Shown here piece by piece: positions 46,404-61,562 of a stretch of DNA of 64,000 nt (position 1 is the first letter of the stretch; the number at the start of each line of letters is the position of its first letter). This stretch comes from Chrysomallon squamiferum (taxonomy: Eukaryota; Animalia; Mollusca), in NCBI GenBank assembly GCA_012295275.1, contig CM022669.1, positions 5,766,001 through 5,830,000 on the forward strand. The letters run 5' to 3'. Below the pieces are notes generated by a model. That model was not told the DNA's origin and did not search any database. It saw only the letters and a list, made by a program, of their open reading frames with translations. The translations under genes were made by a program, and so were the position numbers.

Positions 46404-47435
46404 CATTATTTTATGTGTGTGTGTCATATAATTATAACAACAACAACAATAATAATAAACCCTCGTCTCAATGTTTTCTTAGTCTTTATTTTTTAAATGA
46501 AAATATTCAAAAACATTTCTTCCTAAAGTCAGGAAGCGTTAGTATCATTGTCATCTTCGTTTTGAGACAGCGAGTAAGAAATTTGTTTTAAAACATTTTA
46601 ATTTTACTATCTTTAAAAGAAAAAAAAGAAGATTGTTGATGATTGTTATGATGATGATGATAAGTAAGAGAAGAAGATGAAAAGGAACAGTTACAAAAAA
46701 GAACAAGAAGAAAAAGATAATTACAGATATTCTTCCGAAATGTAAAATTTAGAAAATGTTTTAAGTCAGCCAAACACAACGCCGGCAAAATCATTAAGCA
46801 GTTAGTGCTCATTAGTGGCAGGCACAATGGAAAAACAGAAGATGTTCCAAGATTTTTATCTCTGTATTTTTACTCTTTTTTTTGTTGTTGTTGTTGTTTT
46901 CATCTTCTGCTTGTTTAGCAGAAGGCCCATGACGTCATCACTGACAGACTAGCCAGTAAGTTATGATTTGTTGTTGCGGAATTACCTCTAAATTTGTGAG
47001 GAGTGCAGCATGACTTTGGCGGTTCAAGGAGTACGTATGATTGGCAGACGAACAACACGCTAAATGATCAGACGTATAGAATTACACGGGAAAGCAGCAA
47101 ACAACATACCCGCCGTCTGCTTAGATCACCGAGTTCGCACTCGTGACGCATGTTGCGCGCTATTTATTGATGTCACGATATCAGTTCTAACTCGTCAGAT
47201 AATTGTAAACTCTCAAATCTGGTATAACCGTTAATCTGACATTTTGCTTTGTTTTCAACGGATTGAAAGCTGACCTGAAATCTCACTCCCAGTACAATTC
47301 ACGTCAATATTTGTGTTCTAAATGGGTCTTGGGGTAACTGTTATACCACACCTTATCCTGGGAAAGGTCAAACCTATTATGTCTGGGAGCTGCTATGAAC
47401 TTTAATGAAGAAAGATACCTTATTACATTTACATA

Positions 47436-47561
<126 letters not shown>

Positions 47562-47594
47562 GGAATAGACATAGATAGCCATATTGATAGCATT

Positions 47595-48070
47595 GTAACA
47601 GTAGTAGTGGTAGAAGAATAGCAAAAAAATTAACAGTAGTGGTAATAGTGAATGTAATAATAGTTACTGTAGTATAGTAGTAGAAGTTGTGATTACGTTA
47701 GTATAGTTTTAGTAATGATAGTATTGTAGTAGCAGTAGTGGTAGTGTAGTAATAATAGTGGTGCTGGTGATGGTAGTAGTAGTAAGAATTATGGTGGTAA
47801 TAGTAGTAGTTGTAATAGTAGCAGTTGTAGTAGTTGTAGTAGTAGTTATAGTAGAAAGAGTAGTTGGAACAGTAGTTGTATTTATGTATCTAGGATTGTA
47901 AGTCTGCGGATACCTGCTTTTTTATTTGTAAAACGTTCGCCTCTATTTATATTTGGATTATATTGTTTTTAACTTAATGTTATTGTTTCCTTCTTTCTTT
48001 TATTATTATTAGTAGTAGTAGTAATAAAAAGTAGTGGTGATAGTGGTAGCAGTAGTAGTAGTAGTAGTTA
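47595..48070. repeat. Degenerate (GTA)n low-complexity tract; complementary (ACT)n tracts at ~48637-48722 and ~54550-54900
   Basis: Direct reading. Confidence 0.85.
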
Positions 48071-48666
48071 TTAAATTTGTTTTTAATTTTAATTTGTATT
48101 TATGATATTGAATTACCGAAGACCGACTTTAACCCTAATATCGTTAAACAATAACCTCATATCAAGCTGCCCTAGTTATTAAAGTCTATTTCTCTTTATT
48201 TCAGTTCATACATCTGTGTTAAAAGCTATCTGTATATTAATGCGAAAGAAACACAGAGACACGGGGAAATATTTAATAAAAAATCTTGGTCAACATCACG
48301 TAGTCTACGATGATATTTTCACAACTTGCCCATTCACTGAACCTCGTGGACTATTTTCAGTGTAAATAATTTCAAAGCGACAAAACCCTGCATTCAATTT
48401 CCGTCGATTTTATCACGTACAGGGGATAAAGAAATATGAAAAAATGGATTTAATAAATGGCTTTTCCGGAATAACTTGACCCTGATTTGTGACGTGCTGT
48501 CGTCTGGCTTTGTCACATTGTCATTATGAGACGACGACGTCAGTTAATGCGCAAACCACGACAACGTCAGGGGGAGGGGATGGTCATGTCTTCTGTGAAA
48601 ACATAACGGTAATGAAACATTTGTATCAGCAATATGTAACTACTACTACTACTACTACTACTACTC

Positions 48667-48697
<31 letters not shown>

Positions 48698-48752
48698 CAC
48701 TACTACTACTAAAACTACTAAATAGTATAAAATATTAATAAAATTAAAATAA

Positions 48753-48790
<38 letters not shown>

Positions 48791-50263
48791 ACTGAGAGAA
48801 AAAAAATATAAGATAAACAGTTCGAACTTTCTTTTCCGTTTTATTTTTTTTTTGTTTTGTTCAACTTTCTAACTGTACATTTTACCTCAGTCTTTGTCAC
48901 ATCCCTTTGACTCCCCCCTACTAGGTCTGCTCCTCGGAGTTTGCCGTCCCGCCACTCACACCCCGCGCCAACCAAATAATGTTTTACACTTTTGTTCTGA
49001 TAAGTCAAACGTCTCTGACAATTGGAAGAGGAAATATGATATGTGACCATTAACTTGTGATTGTATGAAATAAAATAATTCGGTCAGATTGGAGAACTCT
49101 GTAAATGCTTAGTCCACATGTGGCATTCAATACCTCACCAAATCAGCAGGAGAGAGAGAATGTTTGAATAAATAGCTTTATTTACTATAAAAAAAAAATG
49201 TAGTTGTGTAGCTTTTGTATATCAGGTTTATTTACTATAAAAAAAAAATAATAATAAAAAAAAATAAAAAGTAATAATAATAGTGTAGCTTTTGTATATC
49301 GTAAAATAAGCGTTTGTCCTTTTCTACCTGCATCCCTTTCTCTGTCTTCCTTTTTTTTTTTTTTTTTTTTGGTCTTTCAATCGGTGTGTATCTTTCTTCT
49401 GTTGTCTGTTGCCTGTGTTTCTGTCTCTCTATTTTTTTTTTTTTTTTATACTCTTTACTTCTTTCTACTCTCTTTCTCTGTTGCACGTAATTTTTTGTCT
49501 TTTATTCATAGTATTTCTCTTTCAGTGGTCTCTTTTAAGTAAGCTTTGTCAGACAGAGAGAGAGAGAGGACAGATAACGATAACATATATAAATGATGAT
49601 GATGATGATGATGATGATAACAATAACAATAATGAATTCAATTACAAGAAATACTGGAAAAGAATAAGAAAACATTACCTTTTACATGATCGAGAAAACA
49701 TTAATCTGTTTACTACAGAAAGAAAATAATATATTATCTTATTTACGAGGTAAGATATCGGATATTGTCTACTTGCTGGAGTGAGAATATTATTACAGCG
49801 GGAGAATATTGCCTTATTTACTGCAGAATATGAAGATATAGTGTTTTATTTACTAAATCATAACTCGCATAAACAACGAAAGGCCGGAGAGAGTTACCGC
49901 CGACCTGTTGCCAATAAACCGCTTCGGAAGATTTGACAGCATAGACGAGATGAACAGATGTGAGCAGTATTCTTTTTATTGATAATTATCTTGTTTATTT
50001 TGACAAAAAACAAACAAGTGCTGGTACAGAAAGATATAAAGTTTGGAAAGAATATGTTTGGACGATAATATATGTTACTAATACAGGAATAGTTATGGTG
50101 AAGTCAACAGTTCGTTTCTTATGATAGATTTTTGTAAAGAGATTATTATGTGTTGGTTTAGAAAACATATTTTGGTATAAACGCCAGTTTCCAAACAACA
50201 CGGGCATCTATATAGACTAATACATAATACAGAGGTACGACAAATGCCTATAAATAAATACGC

Positions 50264-50341
<78 letters not shown>

Positions 50342-51195
50342 TCTTTTTTTTTTTCTTCTTTTTTTTTTCTTTCTTTTTTTCTAATCATCTACAGCAGTTC
50401 ATTCTGAAGAGATGTAATAATTAACTAATAATAATAATAATATAAAGAGAAAAGGTGCAGCGTATGTGAAGAAATATAAACGACATAATATAACGGTCAA
50501 CAGTTTGCGGTCACCGGAACATTCGAGATTAATTTTTACGTAACTGGACGAAAATTGTCGGGAGTATGTCCCATTTCTTCCTGCGGCTCGGATTAACTCT
50601 TGTTTTGACTTAGAGTTACCGCCCCCAAGGGAGTGGACTCTTTCTGGCATCGTCATGGGTTAGAGCTGGGTTAATCTCGTTTTAATCTAGGTTAAATAGG
50701 TTTTAATCTCGGTTAATCTAAAGGTATGATCCACTACCAGTAGGGTGGTTTTGTTCGCGAGTGTTACAAATACACACAAAATTAAACAGCACAATAAAAA
50801 AGGAATTATATGCTACTTGATCTGTGTACGCTGAACATTAAATCATCACAATTGAGTTCAAAATCTGAGTTGTCGCGATAAATGACGTGAGCGGTCATGT
50901 ACTAATAAAAGTCGACGGCAGTGAATAGGTAGAACGTTACTGGTGTGATCTGATAGTGTAAACCACTGCGTATGAATGCATTAGAAATTAAAATACAACA
51001 CTATTTACCGTATGAATACAACCACCTGACAAGGATCGCTTTATGAGTAATAAAAAGAAATGAAAAATGACCTGTTTTTAATTTACTCGAGTTAATAAAT
51101 ACTGTTCTGTCACGTAACTTTCTATAACCTGATTTTGTATACACCGAACATTTTTATATTACAACTGAACCTCTTGCATTTTCATGAAAATGAGG

Positions 51196-51374
<179 letters not shown>

Positions 51375-54300
51375 ATGACCATTGATTACCATTATAAAAA
51401 TAGTTCTGTGACTCATTATACCTTTTTCATTCTCATTTTCACATCACTATTTTCGTAAGAATGTCTTTGATCCATATCCAACACTTAAAATTAGCTTGCT
51501 TTTTTTCCGTTTGCGTTCTTCGAGTTACTTAAGCAGTCGTCTGCTTGGAAATAATAATTCGGCTTCATTCAGATGTGAGTCATAAAGACGTCATCACAAC
51601 TGCCTCTAAAATTTGCTAGGTCCGCTAGACACATTAAAGTTTGCTATTGTTGTTGTTATTGTTTCTGATATCGTTTTTGTTGTTGTTACTGTTATTGTTT
51701 TGTTTTTTTGTTTTGTTGATATTGCTTTGTTTATGTTGTGGTTGTTGTCGTTTGTTGCCATTTTATATTTTAATTGTCTGTTCAAGTTACAAAATCTTTT
51801 CACATATACAGCTGATGTGTAGAGACAAACGGAAAGGTACGGTATCAGATGTAACAGTAACATAAAATCCATCATGACATATAATCCCTTTCTAGATTTA
51901 TCTTCATTATGCATACACTGCTACTCTTGCATGCAGTCATCAAGACAGGCACTCCTCAAAGAAGACGACTATCAGTAACTCTTATACATTCCAACATAAA
52001 CTCATAAACACGATGTTTGATAAGAATACTTCATAAAGACATCGACAATGTCGACGTGTATTTCCCTCACTTCAAAGGTAAAGGGTATATTACACACGAT
52101 GCAAGAATACAGGGTAATATTTTTATAAAAGCACACACTTTGACCTCGCACGCACGAGCTAATTCAGCAGACGTGACCTCTCAGTTCTGTGCCACCAATT
52201 CTCACAGCTGACCTCTTTTTTCTGGGTGTCGCATTCAGCAAACAAACAGAATTTAGGGTCATATTTACCCCGACTCGAAGTCAACTGGACAAAAGTGGAA
52301 AGGGAAAGAAGAAGTAAAAGATACCATTGTCGCCTTGTTTGTTTAGTAGACTGAGTATTTACCACAAAGACTTCCGTACCAACAATATCGTCATCCACTG
52401 CAGCGTGCGAGTCCACGTGATGGGACTAAACACACAGGCGTCACTGGTCACTGTCGTTTAATGATAGGTACACATGACATACCCAGAGTGTTTGTCTTCT
52501 AGTACTAGTACATGAGCGATTTGGTATTGTTATTATTTAATAAATGAATCCCGATTGTTGTGAAGGATCTCAGCTATCCCTGTTTGCAATGCGTCGCGGC
52601 CATTTTGCTTTCTTGGTTCATAGTAGTTAAAACGACAAACAGAATAGATGAGTTTTGCTAGTCGTGAAAGTCATTCTGTCACATAAATTTGGACATTTTA
52701 ATACTGAACAAATTAATAAAACTAATATAATTTATCGACTTTTTTTGTGCCATTCTATGGAAGCAAAATGGCGGATTTAGGCACTCTATTTCAGGAAAAT
52801 AAAGGAAATGACGTCACGTGCAAAGAGATAATATACACATCCTAAAGTTGAATCATAATGGTTTCATTGTATCTTCGAAAGTTTATCACAATAAAATTCA
52901 GATTACAGTGTGTTGTAATCCAGGTATCTCTTACGAATTTTAATTGTTTTTTCTTTCTTTACATAACTCTCAGTAGCCTTACAAATTGTCTAAAGTGGAC
53001 CTAGACTTTATATAGTTTCTTTTAAAAATTTAAGATAATCTTTCTTATACCACCACGGTTACAAATCTTGAATGGACAAAAGTCAAGGGGCGGATGTTGC
53101 ATGATGACATGCGATGAGGTCAAGACATTTCATCAACCGAACAAAGTTGCAGAGTCTTTCGAACAGATTATGTAGATCTTGAACCGTGCATGAAAGATCG
53201 TAATAAAACAAACCGAAGAGAAACTTGTTATCAAAGCACTTAATTTCATTTTCTTACACCTATCAGAGACTGGCTGGTCGTACTGTTGTGTTATTTCAGG
53301 TACGTCCTTTGCGCCTGTGTGATACGTCTGTTTATTAAATGCCACACGTTTCCTATACCAACCGTTCAACGTTTTCAAGCTAAGCAAACACAGGTGATTG
53401 AGAACGCAGGCTTGTTGAAGATAAAGCGTAATGTTCACTTATCTGCAGCTTCATTACGTATTATGACTGAGAATAGCCTATCGTGTTCAGCTTGCTTACT
53501 TGGTGGTGTTTGAAAACGTATCATCTTCTGGCTTTAATCGTCTTCTACAAAAAGAAAAAAAGAAAAGAAAAAAAAAAACAAAAAACATAACAAACAGTAT
53601 CACTTTCTGTTATTAGTATTGAAATTAATACCAATCTCCAGTTTAGAGTCAAATGGTTTATTCAAACCATTAGTCACCTCGATTAAGTGAATGCACTTAA
53701 AAATCACTTTATTTAATCGAAAATTTTAAATTATGTAATCTCTCTCTCCTTCTCGCCTTACCCCTGTTTCCCTGTCCCCTCAGGTCTCACACTTGCGTAT
53801 CTTTGAGTCATACCCATTCTCAGGTATTTCCAGTGTTAGGTCTTTTATTTACCGAACAACAAACAACAGTCCAGGTGATCCTATCTTCATTTGTAATAAA
53901 ACAAAAAAATCCTATTTTTACCAAAAGAATCGCCAAAGTAGTACCGAATCGTGGAATTCTTTGTATTATCCATTACACAAAGTGATGAAACAAATACCTC
54001 GACATCATTGTGAGGTTGTTGTATTCCACTCCATCCTAATAAACATAAATATAAATTACAGGGAGACGTACATAGCTCTCAACACATAACTCAATTATAC
54101 AGCGAGATCGAATATCTTCAGATGTGTGTGAAATCAATACTGATGATGTAGCCGTGTATTTATTTGATATGTAGGCATCTCTTGGATTCTGCATATACAA
54201 GTTATATGATTTCAAAAAGGTTTTTCGATTTAACTTCATTCAGCTTTCAATAGATAATATGGCTGTCAGTCAATGACTAGGTATCAAACGAAATAACCAG

Positions 54301-54766
54301 AAATACTTTGCATATCAGACAGATGGATGAACATTCTACAGGACCAGCAAGTGTGTTTCGATGAGAGAAAAGAAAACTGTTGAAAAGGAAACCTGAAAAC
54401 AAAATAAAACTGAAATATTTTCTGTAGAGACAATGGGTAATTAACTGGAAATGAAGTGAACAGCTTTTTATGAGATGAAAATGGATAGAAAACTCAGTAA
54501 TGTTTTGAAATGAGTAAAACAACAGAAACATTGATACTGACTGCACTAGCACTACTACAAAAACATTGAGAATAACTATAAATACAACAACCGATCAATT
54601 ACACCAACGTATCAACATCACTACACTACCAAAGTAAATACTGCTGATACCAGAATACATTTCTTACTCCTAATTTTTATATCTGTTACTGCTGCCACTG
54701 TTTCTACTACCATTACAACTACTGCTGCTGCTATTACTACTTCTACTGATATTAATACATCTACTG

Positions 54767-54798
<32 letters not shown>

Positions 54799-54951
54799 AA
54801 AACTAGCACTATTATTCCAGCACAACTGCTAATAAAAGATTTCTACTACACTCCTACCTTTCATTACTACTACTTGTACTATTGTTACTATTACTACTAT
54901 TACAATAAAAATCATGATAATGATGATGATACAATAATAATAATAGTAACA

Positions 54952-54996
<45 letters not shown>

Positions 54997-55609
54997 TCTA
55001 TTTTAGAATTAAAAACTGTTTAAAATTCAATTTCCTTTTCCTTCGCATTTGTTTTCTTTCTTTTTTTTTTTCTTTTTTTTCTGTCTCTACCACAACATTT
55101 TTTAGAGAATAGAATACAAAACCTTACAAATTGTTATGAAAGCAAACTGCTGTGAACTGTGCAAAACTCGTCTTTCCTTACTATCAAGAGCAGTCGCTTC
55201 TGAACTCGGTGAACTCTTCAAGACTGTTAGACACGTAATCGGAACGGTAAAATGAGTTCTGCAATGCGTCTCTAATTCACTAGCATTTTATTGCACCGTC
55301 TTTTATTTCTCTCGTTTGTCACGTGACCTGTCTTCAGCTCCTGCAGGATGCAGAGCTGTCCGGGAGGACCAGATAGAACTTGGTCATTTCGTAATCACTT
55401 TACGAATCTTGTCAGGAAAATGAAATCGAGATTAAAGAGTATTTAATTTGTTCACTGTTTTCGTCTTGGCTTCAGTTGGAAGGTTGTCTGGTACATGATT
55501 TCAGTTCCTTTGTCTGATGAAATCAGTTAAAGGTTAAAGAATATAACTTGTTTGTATTTATTTATTTATTTATTTATTATTATTGTTGTTGTTGTTGTTG
55601 TTGTTGTTG

Positions 55610-55931
55610 TTATCCGGCGTCCTGAAATCAGGAAAGATCAGAAGACCAGAAGTTTTTTCCCGACGCTATTTACTTGGTTCGCGCGCGCGGTTGTTGTTCT
55701 CACCAGACCGGAACTATTCTTTCAAGCCGCGTGGCGTTCATTCACTCGCCGCATTGTTTACGTGTTGAGTCGCCACAGTTGCGTATCGTCAATTTTCTTT
55801 ATGTTTTTAATTTTAAAATGTTTATGCGTAATTATTTACGTATTTATATACCTTGGTACCAGAAAACCGGAAAATCCAGAAATCCGGAATGCCTCAGGCC
55901 CCAAGGAGTCCGGATAATTAGTCCGGTACTG
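55610..55931. mobile_element. pogo/Tigger-like MITE, left end lost into a (GTT)n tract
   Basis: Right end ...ccggataattagtccggtactg|TA; ttatccggcgtcct at 55610 is an inverted match to aggagtccggataa at 55904 (12/14); subterminal CC(G/A)GAA repeats; CpG-rich. Confidence 0.5.
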
Positions 55932-56586
55932 TAATATAAATAAATAAACAAATAACACGAAAACATTTAAAATATTTTCTCGCACAAATACGCAAAAAAT
56001 TATCAGCTATCAGATGTTGACGTCTGTATAACGTTGTATACAGTTTGTATTTCATTCGTATCGTGTGTTTTTATTTCATAAATATTAAAGCCTGTTTTAA
56101 CTTTCAGAGATTTATCGTTCCACGATATCAAGTCGTTTAAGGGGGCAAGGAATAAAGTTACTTGTTACAAACATGCGTATTTTATTTTACTTAAAAAATA
56201 CAATCATTATTTTCAGCAAACTGCCAGAGCAGATAAGACTGTCATAATTTTATTTATTCTGTCTGCAATGTTGTTTATGACATTCTGGTATTAATACCGA
56301 TGCAATGGAATTTATATCATTAAATGTTTAAAAACAATAATAACAACAGCAAACAAGCAAACAAACAAACAAAATAATATTCTGATGTATCCTACTGTGT
56401 GTTTTGTGTGTCTTTAAATAGGTATGTATGTACATATGTACGTACGTACGTGTATGCATGCATGGCTAGAACTATATAAATTATGTATCAATGTATGCAT
56501 ACATATATATGTGTTTATATATGTAAGTATGTGTGAATGTGTGTATGTGTATTATGTATGAATGTGTATGTATGTATGTATGTATG

Positions 56587-56637
<51 letters not shown>

Positions 56638-56931
56638 ATGCATTTATTTATATATGTATTTACTTATGTTTATGTATTCACGCAATAAACATATATAAAA
56701 TGTAAAAATCGTACAAATGGCAGTTATTGCTATCAAATGTCTCCTGTTTGTAAACTAAACTGCAGTAAATTCTACAATCGTGTTTGTTCCGGCTTTTAAA
56801 TTACCCAGAATTCCTGACATAAATGTCATTTTCTCTGGACACATAGAAGTTTTAATGATGGAAAAGATTACAAAATATTTCGTGTAAACACCTTTTTTCT
56901 TTCTTTCTTTCTTTTTCCTTCATTTTTTAAC

Positions 56932-56962
<31 letters not shown>

Positions 56963-57730
56963 ACATTTTATGGTAAATATGCAAACCATTCGTAAGATAA
57001 TCTTTTAAAATTATTCATTTGTATTAATTTCTCTAAAAATTATTTATTCATTTATTTATCATAATGATTATTATTATTATTATTATTAGTAGTAGTAGTA
57101 GTAGTAGCAGTAGTAGCAGTAGTAGCAGTAAATACATAAATAAAATGAGTTATGGCGATTGTTATTTTGTTCAGATTTTTCTGTAATCACATCTGACGTG
57201 AAAAATCCAATTATTTTACAATGTGATATTTTTATTATTATTATTACTATTATTTTTATGTTGTTGTTGTTGTTGTTTGTTTGTTTGATAGTTTTGTCCG
57301 CTCGCAGTGTGCATAATTTTAACAACAATAATAAATATTATAATTTAATGCACAGTTTAAGTTAGCACTAAATTCTACATTCGCTGGAAAACAACAAAGT
57401 TACGCAATCTCAACGGAAGCCAGTTGATTTAAGCTACATGGTTTTAATTCTAAGATTATGGCACAACAGTAACTAGTAGCGGTTATTTAAGTGGTCTTCA
57501 CGTAAAGCCTTTCCTTTCAGGGAGAGTGAAAACCTGTCAACTTTAAGAGTTTGCTTACAGTCCACTGGCTTCCGTCCTGCAATCAGCGGTGCGTAATTAC
57601 AAACGACTGGTTTCTTGTGACTACTGACCAAAGAAAAGTCTCAGCGTTGTGCTTCCGGTTCGAGAAGGAAACCAGTCAATCGTACAATCGGAAGAAATCG
57701 AGGTTTAAAGGAAATGATTTAGGACTTTCA

Positions 57731-57778
<48 letters not shown>

Positions 57779-57958
57779 GTTCAGTTACTGGTTTATCCTT
57801 GGTAAGTGCGAAAAACTTGTAGAACTGTAAATCGTTTTCTTTTTTTTTTCTTTCTTTTTTCTTTATTTATTTATATATTTATTTTTACTGTTGCCAGTAT
57901 GATATCGGGGAATGGGGGGAAATTAAATTCTTGTTGAAAGAGCAATAAAATATTAAAG

Positions 57959-58044
<86 letters not shown>

Positions 58045-59173
58045 AATCAACTATGTCAGCCTATTTTAAACAGACCTCTTTGATTAGGCGTGCCATGAGA
58101 GGCATGCATGAATATTATCGCCACTATCTAAATCACGAAGTTGCAGCGCATGGATTCCTGCTGTCAGAGAGAAGATTTATTCTCACATAGTTAGGAGGAG
58201 CATGTACATTATTCCTTCAATACCGAGAATTTCTTTTGGGTCAAATGAATTCTTTATTTTGTTTGGGTCATGATTTTAAAGCATCGTGCACGTGTGTGTG
58301 TGTATGTGTGTGTCTTTGTGTGTGTGTGGTTGTGTGTGCATGTGTGTGTGTATGTGTGTGTTTGCCTTGGTGTGTGTGTATGTGTGTATATGTGAGAGAG
58401 AGAGAGAGAGAGAGATTGGAAGGACGGATAGTTAAATGCTCAGATCTTAATTTTTCTACAGCATCGAGAAGAAAATAAAAGCAAAAATAATATTTAACTT
58501 AGATATGCTTTCAACCACGCTAGCAGAACATAAACACTAAATGTATAAAACACTATCGTGAAAACGTATTATTACCATTTATAAAATAAATTTAAAACAT
58601 TATTTCTTCTGATCATAACACTATTCATGAAAAGGACAGTTTATTGTCAGCTTATTGTCAGTGAAGACAGTAAATAGAAGAATAAAAGTTTGAGTTTGAT
58701 TGTTTTCTGTATTAAATTACTATTCTGTGTCACCTTTTATCTCTTTTAAGCAATGACGTGTACCGAAGGAATGTATGTGTGTTTATAGATAGACAGATAT
58801 ATGTATATGTATATATGTATGTATGTATGTATGTATCTATCTGTTTATCTATCTATCTATCCGTATGTCTATCTCTACCTTCCTACCTGCCTATCTCTCT
58901 ATCTATATTTCTGTCTCTGTTTCTCTCTATCTATCAATTTGCCTATTTATTTCTTATTCTGTATTTTGTAAGTTCTTTCTTTGTTCCGCTGCATTTCCTT
59001 CCGCTTTATTTTAAAAATTCTTTTAACATTCTTTTATTTTATTCTCTCTTGTCTGTCGTCCCCATCTATCTGTATCTCCTTCTCTGTGTGGCAGACAGCC
59101 AGTCTCGTTCTTTCTCTCACTGCATTTGTTTCATCCTTTTTCTCTGTGTACCCTTTACACTACATCTGTGTGT

Positions 59174-59269
<96 letters not shown>

Positions 59270-59853
59270 TCTATCTATCTATATATCTATTTATCTACTT
59301 ATCTATCTGTGTATCTATGTTTCACTCGCTGAGTTTTCATTCTTTATCTTGTTAACTCTTCTTTCATCAGCTTTTTTCTTTCTTTTCTTTTTTTTTTCTC
59401 TCAAAATCTCGGTTATGCATTCAGTCGAAGACTAATGTTCCATAAGCAAAGGATGCAAAAAAGTTATATGAAATTTTATCCACTTACAAATATGAAAAGC
59501 ATACAATACAATTTCTTTTTCTTAGGAGATATTTTTCTTCAACTATCTCCAGCTGGCAAACAATCAAAAACGCAAGCATGCGCATTAACACAAAAAAAAT
59601 CGTCTAACATATTTTCTGCCGTGTCGCTGCTGAACAGATTTCACTTTTGAAAATCATTTGACGTATATCGTCTGTGTGGTGGGGAGAAAAACACACATTA
59701 AGTCGTAACTCCGTGCAGAACAGCTGGTAAAGAACTTTGATCGCTACATGGAAAGGTTCCACGACAGTAAATGGAGGAAATTTTACAAGCAGAATACGTT
59801 TATTACGTCACAACAACGTCCACAGCTGAAGAAAAATGCACGCCCAGAGAGAG

Positions 59854-59886
<33 letters not shown>

Positions 59887-60217
59887 GGGGGGCTTTTAAA
59901 ACAGCCAATAACAAACACTGAGTAAAAGAATTAGGCTTTTAGCAAAACATAAATGGAAAGAAATTAATAGTATAAATGCCGGCAGTGATGTAAGACAATA
60001 CTTATCTCTGTCAAATTCTTTGACTGACTGAAGTCTCTCTCCTTCAGAAGGTTTTGAACGTATTTCAAATAGAAGGCAAAAAACAAAAACAAAAAAAAAG
60101 AAAGAAAAAAAAACAGTTCATTTTAGTTGTTTTGATGACCAAACTTTTGTAGTAATAAAATTTCATTAGACTTTTTAAATATAAAAAAAGACTTTCTTCT
60201 TCTTCTTCTTCTTCTTA

Positions 60218-60265
<48 letters not shown>

Positions 60266-60563
60266 GGAAATGGATAACGTACCTTTAAAAAGTCAAAACA
60301 TTAAATGTCAGCGGGCACGTATATGTTAATCGTGAATGTTTATCGTAAAATACTATCATAATTTGTATGCAGTGGTGATTTCTCGATGTACGGTTTGCTG
60401 AAACGATCATGTAGATGCTTAATCTTGTTTTTTATTTATTACAAAGTAGATAATCTGTCAGAAAGATATGATAGTTGGAAATTTTGCAGAACAGTTTTAT
60501 TAATGTATTTTTTTTTCATCTTATATTTTTCTCTCTACCAACCACAATAACTCCTCTAATAGC

Positions 60564-60656
<93 letters not shown>

Positions 60657-61126
60657 CACACACTAATATTCACTTCAACTCCTTCAACCAGACAAACTAC
60701 GGAATTAACAGTCGTAACCATCACTTGTGACAGGATGGCACATACCATGAACTTAGCTACAAAACCGAACTGGCAAAGCTCCCAGTTTCATTACGATCCT
60801 TGACACAAAACAACAAGCAGGTGAAATCTGAATCGCACATCATTACACTTTGCCGATAAACAAAACGTAAGCTCTGTCTGTAGTCAGCAGTACCTCATGT
60901 GAATGTATCTGTGCAACGGACGTGTATATTATTATGTACGACATCAAATACGTTCATCATCAAAGATCTCCGCACGTCTTTTACCGCTGCATTCTACGAC
61001 TGACTGACGGTGCTCTATTATCGCCACGTTTAATCTCTTTATCTGTTTTCGATCGGTCGGCCTCAACCGTCCAGTCATGTTCGACTTTCTTTACACTCTA
61101 CTTCTCTCGCCTTCTCCCCCGCACAG

Positions 61127-61211
61127 CATAATAGCGTAGTCCGCACAAAACGCTCTTACAGTAGGGGCTTTCCCAGATGCCGGCAAGAAACGGGCCTATT
61201 CGGTGTTAGTA
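61127..61211 (+). other. Candidate upstream (5'UTR or coding) exon of the second gene
   Basis: Long pyrimidine tract ending gcacag|61127 and donor A|gtaagt at 61212; one frame is open and continuous with the 61425 exon. Confidence 0.35.
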
Positions 61212-61441
61212 GTAAGTAGTACGGCAACTAGCGAACTGACGTCTGAACGTTCGGCCGAGTTATCGGATCTGACGGCAAAGAAGCGAAAAAAAATATATAT
61301 ACATATAAAATAATAGTAGTAATAACACTAGCTAATATCAACGATGCAATTCCACTGTAAACGTACGCCTGTTAAAGATATTCAGGCGACATAAGGGCTA
61401 CCAGTGGCTGTTTCTTTTTAACAGGATTCCTACTAGCAGAA

Positions 61442-61562
61442 ATGAGGAGACTTGTACCCAAGTCGGCGAGGAGTCGGCTCCTACGTTACGTTATTTTGTG
61501 GAGTGCGTTGGTGCACGCGATACATGCAGAAGCGGAGATTGTCTTCCCTAACGGCAGACAAG
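61442..61562 (+). CDS. Probable signal-peptide coding exon of a second, unidentified secreted or membrane protein gene (MRRLVPKSARSRLLRYVILWSALVHAIHAEAEIVFPNGRQ)
   Basis: Acceptor tttctttttaacag|61425, ATG 61442, strong donor AAG|gtaaga at 61563 (phase 1); basic n-region, hydrophobic core, small residues at a plausible cleavage site; elevated GC and CpG. Confidence 0.6.

Noticed and set aside
48755-48786. Poly(A) tail of a retrocopy
   Set aside because: No upstream coding remnant or target-site duplication; long homopolymers are common throughout the window
53784-53823. 40-nt plus-strand exon candidate with a strong pyrimidine tract
   Set aside because: No meaningful reading frame or linked exon; cannot be supported without transcripts
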